From Candidatus Dadabacteria bacterium (GTDB lineage Bacteria > Desulfobacterota_D > UBA1144 > Nemesobacterales > CSP1-2), in NCBI GenBank assembly GCA_963805855.1, contig CAWDVW010000005.1, positions 384,001 to 448,000 of the forward strand: a stretch of 64,000 nt of DNA, read 5' to 3'. The notes below the pieces were generated by a model. That model did no database searches. It saw nothing but the letters and a program-made list of their open reading frames with translations, and was not told the DNA's origin. Positions within the stretch are counted from its first letter, which is position 1, and each line of letters opens with the position of its first letter. Position numbers and translations under genes: made by a program. This document shows, in pieces, positions 20,552 to 30,377 of the stretch.

Positions 20552-21663
20552 GCCAAAATATATCCATGAATTGGCGAACTGGCCGCAGTTTCGCTGGGAT
20601 CGACAAGGTCCTGGCGGAACCCCTGGCTGCCGTGCGCCACCGGCAGGGACGGCTAATCGGGCGAATGGAAGGGCTTGGCTTTGCCTTGCGCGGTGAAGCC
20701 TTGCTCCAGACCCTGACCGAGGACGTCCTCAAGTCCAGCGAGATCGAAGGCGAAATCCTCGACCGCGACCAGGTGCGCTCTTCGATTGCCCGGCGGCTTG
20801 GGGATTGATATCGGCGCGCTGACTCCCGCCGACCGCGATGTCGAAGGCGTCGTCGAGATGATGCTCGACGCGACGCAGAAATTTGATGAACCGTTGACGG
20901 ACGAGCGGCTGTTCGGCTGGCATGCGGCGCTGTTCCCGACCGGGCGCAGCGGCATGCAGCGGATCATCGTCGGCGACTGGCGCGATGACAAGAGCGGGCC
21001 GATGCAGGTGGTCTCAGGCGCCTACGGGCATGAACGTGTTCACTATGAAGCGCCGGCAGCCGCTCGCGTGTCCGTCAGAAATGAAAGCGTTCCTGACCTG
21101 GTTCAATGCGCGAGCAGAGACTCGATCCGGTGCTGAAGGCGGGAATTGCGCATCTGTGGTTTGTCACCATCCACCCGTTCGATGACGGCAACGGGCGCAT
21201 CGCGCGCGCGATCGCCGACATGCAGCTCGCGCGGTCGGAAGGGAGTCCGCAGCGCTTTTACAGCATGTCGGCGCAAATCCGGCAGGAGCGTGGGACGTAC
21301 TACAAGATCCTTGAGACGACGCAGAAAGGCGATCTCGACATCACGGCCTGGCTCGATTGGTTCCTTGCCTGCCTGGGTCGCGCGATCGACGGCGCAGAAA
21401 ACGCACTAGCCGGTGTGCTGGCGAAGGCGCGGTTCTGGAACCACTACAAGGACGAAGTTCTCAACGAGCGCCAGCGCGACATGCTGAACCGGCTTCTGGA
21501 CGGTTTCGAGGGAAAGCTGACGTCGTCGAAATGGGCGAAGATCGAGAAGTGTTCGCAGGATACCGCCTTGCGCGACATTACCGATCTGCTTGAACGCGGC
21601 ATCCTGACCAAGGATCCCGGCGGTGGTCGTAGCACCAGCTATTCTCTGGCAGAATGGAGTTGA
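20550..21663 (+). pseudogene. Fic family protein (DUF4172 N-terminus, Fic, C-terminal HTH), four frameshifts
   Basis: MPKYIHELANWPQFRWD, SSEIEGE, HPFDDGNGRIAR, DTALRDI, GGRSTSY; frame breaks near 20600, 20801, 21071, 21120; markedly GC-rich. Confidence 0.85.
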
Positions 21664-21742
21664 TCAGGAAGCGCAGTGCAGATTGCCATTGGGGTGGGGT
21701 GGCTCTAGGAATGAAGAGAGTCGATATGATCGATTTCGAAAA

Positions 21743-21771
21743 AAACTCGGGGCCAGGCATGCATTTTGACA
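21743..21771 (+). repeat. 29-bp direct repeat, copy 2
   Basis: AAACTCGGGGCCAGGCATGCATTTTGACA. Confidence 0.85.
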
Positions 21772-21807
21772 CTTGCTGACACGATGCAGGATACAGGATG
21801 CACGATT

Positions 21808-21840
21808 CATGATTCAGAACAATACAACCAGGGATCACAG
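21808..21840. repeat. Right inverted repeat of AIPR-Fic island
   Basis: CATGATTCAGAACAATACAACCAGGGATCACAG, preceded by GATNCAN heptamer repeats. Confidence 0.8.
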
Positions 21841-22044
21841 ATTGACAAATAAATGGGTACATCATTATTACGATAGAGACGAGTTTACCCCTATATCTAT
21901 TCTTCCCCGCTCTCTCTTAAACCCTCCTTGCTACTTCCCCATCAAGAACTTCCTCTTTCTTGTCCTTTTCTTGCTTACCGTCGAAGCTGCCTAATTCTTC
22001 TATAAATCACGAGATCGCCGCTGGGCCCCGCCCTTCGCGATTTT

Positions 22045-22365
22045 GGATGTTAGATAATTCGTCGACAAAATCCAAAGACTGATAAATTTCGCTATAATTT
22101 ACTATTCGTCATCCTCAAATGTTTTTATCGTGGATCCATTCTCTAATTTCTTTTTTCTTTGTCTTGATACAAAGAAACAAAAATCAAGGGCTGCAAAAAA
22201 TTAGGAATTATTAAATCAATTCCTTCAGCTAAAAATTTTTAATCCAACCACAGCCCCAAATCTTTTTTTAACGCTTCCGGAATTGATTTTGGCAATTTTT
22301 TGAATGCCCATTTAAAATCCAAAAAACTCTCCCCGAATTACTTGACATCTACTGCGGTGACAATC
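22045..22365. mobile_element. MITE-like composite repeat, copy B
   Basis: Colinear similarity with 11950-12540 including 41-bp and 42-bp identical blocks. Confidence 0.65.
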
Positions 22366-22526
22366 ACAGTGGATTCCCGATAACAGTCCTCTGGAATGAC
22401 CCCGGTGTAGAATTGCGGCTAGAAGTTTTGGTTCATTCACAGTTGGTCATTAAGGTAAAGATAAGTGGGGGACTAGAGTCCTCCGCTACAGAAGAATTCG
22501 CTGAAAAGTGCTTCTATTTCCTTCCC

Positions 22527-22955
22527 TCACTTCAACGGGTTTTTTGCAGTCCTTTCTTTCTCCACCTGTTCCCTCAGATGGTCATCAACGGCCTGCCAGT
22601 AACGCCACCAATACGAATTTTCTTCGTAATTCTTTTTCTGCAATTCAGCCCAATTTATGACCTGAAATACATCGCCCTGATAAAGCATCAGTTTCTTCGC
22701 GGCGTCTTTAGCCTGATCAATGTCAACCGGTAATTTGTTTAGTTCTTCATCAATGTAAGACTTCATAGTCTTAATGCTTTTCTCAATATCGGGAGCAACG
22801 TCTTTTATCTTTTCTCCTGAAATCCTTACTTCATCCGGAAAGTCTTCGAAGTGATTCTTCATTAAATCTACAAAATCCAAAACCCTCTCAAGGTTTTGCT
22901 TTGCCCTGATAGTCTCGGTAACTAAATCGGTAAGCTGCTTAGCAGTCAATGGCAT
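22527..22955 (-). CDS. Hypothetical helical protein
   Basis: ATG (MPLTAKQL) after AGGGAG RBS; distinctive SYWWRYW motif; family not recognised. Confidence 0.7.
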   Translation of the reverse strand: MPLTAKQLTDLVTETIRAKQNLERVLDFVDLMKNHFEDFPDEVRISGEKIKDVAPDIEKSIKTMKSYIDEELNKLPVDIDQAKDAAKKLMLYQGDVFQVINWAELQKKNYEENSYWWRYWQAVDDHLREQVEKERTAKNPLK

Positions 22956-23088
22956 ATGTCTACTCCCTATATTATTTTTTTCACACTCCTTTGATTTTTG
23001 AACTAAGTCGCATGTACATATTAACATATATTAATGCGTTAGTTACTACGGAATATTCAGGCAATTTCCCAATTCGAAAGAAAACCTA

Positions 23089-23117
23089 TTGACAGAAGTT
23101 CAGAGAACTCATATAAT
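23089..23117 (+). promoter_or_regulatory. Consensus sigma-70 promoter
   Basis: TTGACA-17 bp-TATAAT exact. Confidence 0.8.
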
Positions 23118-23320
23118 CCGCGTGAGGAATCCTGATTCATTAACCGATGGGGCAATTAGGGGGGTCAGGCTCAGCCCTGAGTCTGATTGTTAGTGGGCGA
23201 TCGAGAAAACAGTAGGAAGAAACTATTAACGCAAGGGAGTTGGTGCACTTAGACGGCCCCCCCCAACAGGGTAGGTACGCCCTAGGCTGCTCAACGCAAA
23301 ACTCTTATAAGGAGGATATC

Positions 23321-25603
23321 ATGAAAAGCACTCTATCAAAACTTACCATTTTTTTCTCTATTATCGTACTCTTAGGTTTGATTTGGCAATTTATTCCAAG
23401 CACCGATCACTCTTCGGATAAGAGGCTTTACCCAGTTATAGGTAATGCGAAAAAACTGAAGAATACTTATGAGACCTGGAAGGCAAGGGCTACGAAAAAC
23501 GGCGCAGAGAAGAAGATGTTGATTCAGCTTGGATATATGAAAGGTTTATCTTCTGATTTCACAGAGGCCCATGGTCGGGCTTCAATCGACCTTACGGACG
23601 GGACATTAGACGTCGAGGTCACTGGTCTAGACGCCGAAAAAGATTTCGACTTTTGGTTTGTCGATAATATTAGCGGACCTGGAAAAAGTGTTAAGCCGGA
23701 AGATGGCGATAAAATTGTTAATCTCGGTAAATTAAAAAACAACAACGGTCGTCTTGTACTGAATAAGAGATTGGCGACAGGACAAGTCAAGGACTTCAAG
23801 CTCGATCTTGCCGTTGTCGCCAGAAGTGGTGAGAACCCGGCCGATAGGGGTTTATTATTTGGATCGCCCAGCCTCTTTCAAAGGCTTTACTATAGTGAAT
23901 TACGGGGGGAATTTGGAAACCTTGGAGACAGACACACATACAAAAACACCGAAAACATGATGTTGACCACACCATTCAGCGTTATAATACCAACTCCTGC
24001 ATACGCTGATGACGGCGGGGTGGACGAATTAGTGGCTGAAGGTGAGGAACTCTTTTTTGAAGAAACATTTGACGGAAACGGCAGGACCTGCGGAACATGT
24101 CACCCAATGGAAAACAACCTAACTATTGACCCGGAGTTCATTGATACGCTGCCCCCCGACGATCCACTCTTCGTGGCTGAATTTAATAAAAAACTATCAA
24201 AGGATTTCGAGAGGCCGGATTTGATGCGGGAGTTCGGTCTCATCCGGGAAAATGTAGATGGTTTCGACGACTTGGCGAATAAATTTGTGATGCGCGGGGT
24301 TCCCCACACACTCGCGTTGCAAACATCTATCTTGCAGCCTATAATTGGTGCTGACCTTCCGCTTAATGAAGTCGGCCATGCCATAAAAGAGGGGATGGAG
24401 ATGACAGGATGGTCAGGTGACGGAGCACCTGGAGGTAGCACTTTAAGGGAGTTCGCTACAGGTGCTGTCACTCAGCACTTCACAAAAACCTTGACTCGTA
24501 AAGCCGGCAAAGACTTCCGCCTGCCGAATGATGATGAGCTCGACGCATTGGAGGCGTTCCAGCTTTCATTAGGGCGCCAAGCTGATCCAGTCTTGATGGC
24601 AGACAATAGTTTAGGTCTCATGCTAAAAAATGATCCTGCAGTGGATGATACCCACTTCGCTGGCTTCGATGTCATTAAAGGAAAGGCCGTTTTCATAAAC
24701 GGCTCGGGTTTGGACGAATTTTTTGCGCCAGCTTCTAAGCTTGGCAAGTGCATCACATGTCATTTCAACGCTGGTGCGACTTCCGGCCGCCACCTTCAGG
24801 TCCCCCCTCGCCCCGAGATAGGTATGAATCGAAACGTTGCTACAGGTGCAGAGTTTTTTCTTCTACCCGATGGTAGCGATAGGCATGTTGCCCTAAATAT
24901 CCCGGTTGATGGAGGCTTTGGAAGGTTTAACAGAAGTGTTAATGTTTTAGGCCCTACTCTATCCGTTAATGCCTCCTGCCCACCACCCCCAACTGGCGAT
25001 GGCGGTACCTCTCCCTCACCTACGTGCTGTACCGCTCCCTCACCTACGTGCGGAATCGGAGATGGCAGGTTTAATTCTCCCCCTCTCATTGAGGCAGCAG
25101 ACACCCCTCCCTTCTTCCACAACAATGCATTCAGCACGATCGAAGAGGCTGTTGCGTTCTATAACAGCCCTCTATTTAATCAGGGACGTGGGGTAAATGA
25201 GATACATCTCTTACCTAATCAAATCACTCAAATCGGCACCCTCCTTCGGGTATTAAACGCACTCGAGAACATTCGGTCAGCGATTCAACTCAGTGACACC
25301 GCCTCATCGGCAAAAAACTTTGGCAGGGCAAAGAAATCCCTCGGAGTTGCCCTGGCTGAACTTGATGACGCAATACAGGTTCTTCATGATGGAGGAGATC
25401 ATGATCTACCTGGTGGTCTACCTGGTGGCCTATATCCCCTTGCTGTCGCTGACTTGATGGATGCTGAGGGATCCATAGAGAACGCAATTAAAACTAGTGA
25501 TATGGAGAACAGAAATGAGCTGATAGATATGGCTATCGAAGATGCGATATCGGCTAGAGAGGATATGTGTTTTCTCGGCTCAGATGACGTTCTTTGTCCT
25601 TGA
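23321..25603 (+). CDS. Large di-haem cytochrome c peroxidase/MauG-superfamily protein
   Basis: AGGAGG RBS before MKSTLSK; CGTCH and CITCH haem motifs; RFNSPPL..AADTPPFFHNN. Confidence 0.8.
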   Translation: MKSTLSKLTIFFSIIVLLGLIWQFIPSTDHSSDKRLYPVIGNAKKLKNTYETWKARATKNGAEKKMLIQLGYMKGLSSDFTEAHGRASIDLTDGTLDVEVTGLDAEKDFDFWFVDNISGPGKSVKPEDGDKIVNLGKLKNNNGRLVLNKRLATGQVKDFKLDLAVVARSGENPADRGLLFGSPSLFQRLYYSELRGEFGNLGDRHTYKNTENMMLTTPFSVIIPTPAYADDGGVDELVAEGEELFFEETFDGNGRTCGTCHPMENNLTIDPEFIDTLPPDDPLFVAEFNKKLSKDFERPDLMREFGLIRENVDGFDDLANKFVMRGVPHTLALQTSILQPIIGADLPLNEVGHAIKEGMEMTGWSGDGAPGGSTLREFATGAVTQHFTKTLTRKAGKDFRLPNDDELDALEAFQLSLGRQADPVLMADNSLGLMLKNDPAVDDTHFAGFDVIKGKAVFINGSGLDEFFAPASKLGKCITCHFNAGATSGRHLQVPPRPEIGMNRNVATGAEFFLLPDGSDRHVALNIPVDGGFGRFNRSVNVLGPTLSVNASCPPPPTGDGGTSPSPTCCTAPSPTCGIGDGRFNSPPLIEAADTPPFFHNNAFSTIEEAVAFYNSPLFNQGRGVNEIHLLPNQITQIGTLLRVLNALENIRSAIQLSDTASSAKNFGRAKKSLGVALAELDDAIQVLHDGGDHDLPGGLPGGLYPLAVADLMDAEGSIENAIKTSDMENRNELIDMAIEDAISAREDMCFLGSDDVLCP

Positions 25604-25648
25604 TTGTCTGGGCGGACCAGATTTAGAAGCAAGGTTCGGTTAATCTTT

Positions 25649-25690
25649 CCTCCCCCACTACTGTGGGGGAGGACTAAGTTGGGGGGAGGT
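25649..25690. repeat. CCTCCCCC/GGGGGAGG palindrome between convergent genes
   Basis: CCTCCCCCAC-TACT-GTGGGGGAGG hairpin; same family as repeats flanking the DUF559 gene. Confidence 0.6.
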
Positions 25691-26394
25691 TACCCGAGTT
25701 TTTTAAATTCCTCGTCGTCGTAAAGCTTCTCAAAAACCTTATCCTTGTTCGCTTCTTCAATAAATGATTTATTAATTTCAATAGCCTTTCTTAAATCAGA
25801 GAGCGCCTTCTTATTTATCCCTTTTTTGGCATAAACCCTGGCTCGGTTGTACCAACCTTCGGCATAATCGGGTTTAAGTTTTAGCGCCTTGTCCAATGCC
25901 TTGATGGCTTCGTTTAGATCATCAAGGTTGAAGTGTGAGATACCCTTGTTATTCCACGCCTCAACATAATCAGGCTCAATGTCTAATGCCTTTTCATAAG
26001 AGTCAATTGCTTCCCTATCCCGACCAAGCCAGCCAAGGGCTGCCCCCTTATTACACCACGCCACCGCGAACCACGGCTTCAGTTCGAGCGCCTTATCTGA
26101 AGCATTAAGAGCCTCATCGAAGCGCCCTAGCCTACCCAGTGCGGCAGATTTGTTATTCCACGCCTCGGCATAATCCGGCTTCAATTCAATCGCTTTATTG
26201 TAAACCTCAATCTCCTCTTCATTACGACCAATCACAGATAACACTATTCCTTTATTATACCAAGCCTCAGCAAAATCAGACCTCAATTCTATAGCCCTAT
26301 CGAGATTTCTTATTGCCTCCTCATACTCGCCCTTATAGTAGTGATCAGTAGCGCGAAGAACATACTCTTCCGGTTTCAATAGACTCTCCTCCAA
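25690..26394 (-). CDS. TPR-repeat protein
   Basis: Repeated AEAWYNKG/AWNNKG..LELKP motifs. Confidence 0.9.
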   Translation of the reverse strand: MEESLLKPEEYVLRATDHYYKGEYEEAIRNLDRAIELRSDFAEAWYNKGIVLSVIGRNEEEIEVYNKAIELKPDYAEAWNNKSAALGRLGRFDEALNASDKALELKPWFAVAWCNKGAALGWLGRDREAIDSYEKALDIEPDYVEAWNNKGISHFNLDDLNEAIKALDKALKLKPDYAEGWYNRARVYAKKGINKKALSDLRKAIEINKSFIEEANKDKVFEKLYDDEEFKKLG

Positions 26395-26477
26395 AAGTAC
26401 TCACGACGGTTTTTCAAAGTTATATAATTTTAAGATTATGACAGAATTCAAAAATCGTCTGAGTATTGATCAAAGAA

Positions 26478-27329
26478 TCAATTATTCTTTGGTCTCAGAA
26501 CTACCAATCCAGGCTTGTCAAGCATATAGGCAAGCAATTCCTCATCAACAACCCTTCTATTATCTTTTCTCGAAGACGCATGCCTTAGATACACTTTATC
26601 ACCCTTTCTGACCAGAATCCCGGTATGTGAAACATCTAGGCCATCCGTATGAGTATAGATACCTATATAATCTCCCGTTTTCAGACGTCCTATAACCGTA
26701 TCATCAATAGATTGAGACGGTATGTAGTGTACAGTACGCTCCTTAACCGGAATACCCGGGAGATCAGGTGTGCCGTCTTTTTTCTTATTCAGAAATTTCT
26801 TGACGGTTCTCGTCCGTTGTCCACCCACCTCTTTTGTGACATCAACGATATTGTCACTATTATATACAGCCCAATCAGTAAAGAAATGATTTCTATTTCT
26901 AAAATCTACCTCGCCAGACTGATACCTTATACGCTGAATATTATCTACAAACATCGGATAAGAACTAGAGAGCTGCATCGCTTCCACATAATCTATATAG
27001 GTAAAGCAATCCATGCCCTCCAAGTTTATCACCCGTTCTTCAGGATGGTTTATATCTCCTACCAGTGTTGATTCCTCGTATTCGGTATTCAGGAATTTCC
27101 CCGATAAAAAGTCTATTCGTCCACCGACATCTTGTATTTTAGACGACTGCTCCATGATACTGTTTAAGTCTTTCTCAGTCCAACTTCCTAATATGAAAAT
27201 CCCGTCTTTGACTTCTGAAGCTGACCCAAAATCATTTATGACAATACTAAGAAAAATCGAAACAGGAAATAAAAAAATGATCAACCTCATCCCGAAAACC
27301 GGTCCATTCCTTTTTGGCTTGAGTATCAT
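26478..27329 (-). CDS. DUF1460 / NlpC-P60-like peptidoglycan amidase
   Basis: INLEGMDCFTYIDYV (Cys), RNHFFTDW, GLDVSHTG (His), HASS. Confidence 0.8.
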   Translation of the reverse strand: MILKPKRNGPVFGMRLIIFLFPVSIFLSIVINDFGSASEVKDGIFILGSWTEKDLNSIMEQSSKIQDVGGRIDFLSGKFLNTEYEESTLVGDINHPEERVINLEGMDCFTYIDYVEAMQLSSSYPMFVDNIQRIRYQSGEVDFRNRNHFFTDWAVYNSDNIVDVTKEVGGQRTRTVKKFLNKKKDGTPDLPGIPVKERTVHYIPSQSIDDTVIGRLKTGDYIGIYTHTDGLDVSHTGILVRKGDKVYLRHASSRKDNRRVVDEELLAYMLDKPGLVVLRPKNN

Positions 27330-27521
27330 AATATTTTTATATTTTACCTAATGCTTCGACTTAGAGGGTATAGACTAATCCCCGACGAAGCAAGAAACTC
27401 AAAGAACGGGTTCGAGTGATTTATAGTAAGAAAAGCACCTCGAGTCAATTTGCAGAAGACATAGGGGGAAGCGATCCCTGCGTACGAGTTACTTAGCAAA
27501 TGATCCGCTCCTCTCCGATGG

Positions 27522-29375
27522 CTAGTTCACGGAAACGCGTTCAAGAATCCTGTAAACCCGATTAACCATGGTTCTTGGGTCATCGAGGAAACCAGCGGCA
27601 ATCAGCGCATTGTCGAGTAACTGCTCCGCCACCAGTTTAGCTAGATCAGGGTCTCTATCCTTTAGATCCGAGAGGTTTTTAATCAAATTATGTCTTGAGT
27701 TTACTTCGAGATTTACTTTGTAGCCCTCCTTTACTTCCTGCCGCATTGCCTTCATAATCCGTTTCATGGCCGGGGTCATAAATTTATCCGCGTTGAGTGC
27801 AATCACAGGGCTCTCAACAAGTCTTTTACTCATAGTCACTTCATTCACACTATCTCCCAAGGTCTCCTTAAGCCATTCGCAGAGCTTTTTCTCTGCGCCT
27901 TTATCAAGCGGTTCTTCCTTTGAGTCCTTCGTAATGTCGCCAATTTTTACCTCAGCGCTGTCGGCAGAGATAAGCTTTTTGCCGTCAAATTCTCTTAAAT
28001 TGTTCATCACAAAGTCATCAATCGGATCGTAAAGGAATAAGACTTCAAAATCCCGCGCCCTGAAGTACTCTAAGTGCGGTCCGAGTTCTAAGCTCTCGCG
28101 CGTTGGAGCATTAAGGTAATATATTTCCTTCTGGTCCTCTTTCATTCGTGAGACATAATCGGATAATGAACTTAATTTGCCTTTCTCGACTTGCGACGAT
28201 TCAAAGCGAAGCAATTTTGAAAGCTGCTCCCTGTAAGTCATATCAGTTGCGATCCCCTCCTTAAGGAAGAGACCGAACTTATCATAAAACTGTTGGTATT
28301 TTTCCTTGCTCTCTTTCGCCTCTTCCTCAAGAAACTTTAGGAACCTCTTTGTGATTACATCATTAATCTTCTGGACGAGACCGCTGTCCTGCATCGTCTC
28401 GCGTGAAATATTAAGCGGCAAATCTGCACTATCAATGACTCCCCTGACGAAACGCAACCACTCTGGAAGAAGTCCCTTTGGGTTTGAATCAATCAGAATT
28501 TTTCGGCAGTAAAGACTTACCCCCGGGTCTAAACGGATAAACCCCCATCGCTCCTGGTTTTCAGTAGGCACAAAGAGAAGGGAATTGACGGTGAGTGGGG
28601 CGTCGGAACTAAAATGGAGCTTGTAGAAAGGCTCGTCAAAAGCCTTTGCCTGGAATTTATAGAACTCTGCGTATTCCTCATCCTTAATTTCGTTTTTATT
28701 TCTCATCCAGATCGCCTGGACAATGTTGATGCGCTCACCGTTCAAGTTAATTGGAAATTGTACAAAATTTGAATAATGTGAAAGTATCTGCTTGACGTGC
28801 TCTGCTTTAGAGAACTCCTTTGCTTCATCCTTTAATCGAATTTCAATTTTACATCCGCGCCTTTGGCCGGAGGTTGCCTCAATCTCGTAAGCGCCAGAAC
28901 CGTCGCTGCTCCAAACAAGGTGCTCACCATCCTTTTTCCAATGATGTGTGTAGACCCTGACCGATTTTGCGACCATAAAAACACTATAAAATCCAACTCC
29001 AAACTGACCAATCAGATTATCTCCCACGTCCGCGCCCTTCTTAACAGCTTCCAAAAAAGCCTTTGAACCTGAGTGTGCGATCGTCCCAAGGTTTTCGATG
29101 AGTTCCTGCCGCGTCATGCCCACCCCGAAGTCCTTTATAGTGATTGTATTCGCAACATCGTCTGTGGAAATGCTTATTTCGAGAGGAAGATTATCATCGA
29201 AAATATCCTTGTCGGTGAGCTGAATATACCGAAGTTTTTCAAGTGCATCTGAGGCATTAGAGACGAGCTCTCTAATGAATATCTCCTTATCTTTATAAAG
29301 TGAATTTATAACTATATCTAAAACTTGCTTAACTTCAGCCTGGAATTCGTGTCTTTCAGGAGTCGTCTCTGTCAT
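27522..29375 (-). CDS. htpG: Chaperone HtpG (Hsp90)
   Basis: FQAEVKQ, IFIRELVSNASDA, NLGTIAHSGS, IGQFGVGFYS, DLPLNISRE. Confidence 0.97.
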   Translation of the reverse strand: MTETTPERHEFQAEVKQVLDIVINSLYKDKEIFIRELVSNASDALEKLRYIQLTDKDIFDDNLPLEISISTDDVANTITIKDFGVGMTRQELIENLGTIAHSGSKAFLEAVKKGADVGDNLIGQFGVGFYSVFMVAKSVRVYTHHWKKDGEHLVWSSDGSGAYEIEATSGQRRGCKIEIRLKDEAKEFSKAEHVKQILSHYSNFVQFPINLNGERINIVQAIWMRNKNEIKDEEYAEFYKFQAKAFDEPFYKLHFSSDAPLTVNSLLFVPTENQERWGFIRLDPGVSLYCRKILIDSNPKGLLPEWLRFVRGVIDSADLPLNISRETMQDSGLVQKINDVITKRFLKFLEEEAKESKEKYQQFYDKFGLFLKEGIATDMTYREQLSKLLRFESSQVEKGKLSSLSDYVSRMKEDQKEIYYLNAPTRESLELGPHLEYFRARDFEVLFLYDPIDDFVMNNLREFDGKKLISADSAEVKIGDITKDSKEEPLDKGAEKKLCEWLKETLGDSVNEVTMSKRLVESPVIALNADKFMTPAMKRIMKAMRQEVKEGYKVNLEVNSRHNLIKNLSDLKDRDPDLAKLVAEQLLDNALIAAGFLDDPRTMVNRVYRILERVSVN

Positions 29376-29610
29376 TTTGTTATTGATCGCTATTAACTCT
29401 AAGGGTGATTACAAAAGAAAATCTACAACAAAAAAATAATATTCATTGCTTGAAAAAATTCAAGGATTGAATTTTTATGGAATAACAAAAATAGAGGTTT
29501 AATCTTAAAACAACCTGAATACCCGCTTAAACCAGAATAATCAAAATCTAGGATGAACCAGCATAGCACTCTTAATGATTTCATTCTTATTAATGTCGAA
29601 GATCCAACTT

Positions 29611-30069
29611 TCATTCATCATCCGGCGATTTTTTCCCCGCTTTGGCCGCCAGAATTCTCTTATCAAAATAATCAAAACCGATAAGTATTATAACAGTCAC
29701 TATTGATAACATAATTGCGGTTAAATAATGCCCAACACCGATTACTACACCGATTGCTGCTAATACCCATATTGTCGCAGCGGTGGTTACACCAATAACC
29801 ATCCCACGGCGTGCTAAGATAACACCCCCACCAATAAACCCAATCCCGGTAACAACTTGCCCGACCACTCGGGTAGGATCCGCACTCGGAGTAGTAAAAG
29901 AGGTTCCTATACTTACAAAAATTTGTGTACCAAGGCAAATCAGGATGCTCGTGCGCGCCCCGACAGGCTTATCCTTCAATTGCCGCTCGTAACCCACGAT
30001 CGCACCGCAGACAATAGCTACAAGAACCCCATACCAAAAACCGGGATGAATCAGGCTAAGATTTTCCAT
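29611..30069 (-). CDS. MgtC/SapB family membrane protein
   Basis: GAIVGYER, PVGART, DPTRVVGQVVTGIGFIGGG, GVTTAATIW. Confidence 0.9.
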   Translation of the reverse strand: MENLSLIHPGFWYGVLVAIVCGAIVGYERQLKDKPVGARTSILICLGTQIFVSIGTSFTTPSADPTRVVGQVVTGIGFIGGGVILARRGMVIGVTTAATIWVLAAIGVVIGVGHYLTAIMLSIVTVIILIGFDYFDKRILAAKAGKKSPDDE

Positions 30070-30377
30070 TTATTCACATATATTCTATCATCATTATTCA
30101 TAAATTATACGATTCGGCTAGGTTTCGTCTCAATTTTTGATTAAATCGGTAAAGGAATGTGAAACTGCCCTGAAGCTAAAATCATCAATTTTACAGATTG
30201 TTCACTAACATAATAGATAGCCCAAAAATACCAGAGGAGACGATGCCGCGCAAAAAGCAAAGCGCGTTAAGCTAAATGTTGTGAATGAGCGCTTGCGACA
30301 TTAATGGTAATGGTAACCCTTTTTGTTACTCCATCCGGGGAACAATCAATAGTGCTCCTGCAAAAATCAAAGGGTCC

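Noticed and set aside
29560-29590. CIRCE operator upstream of htpG
   Set aside because: Only a TAGCACTC half-site; no matching second half at 9-bp spacing.
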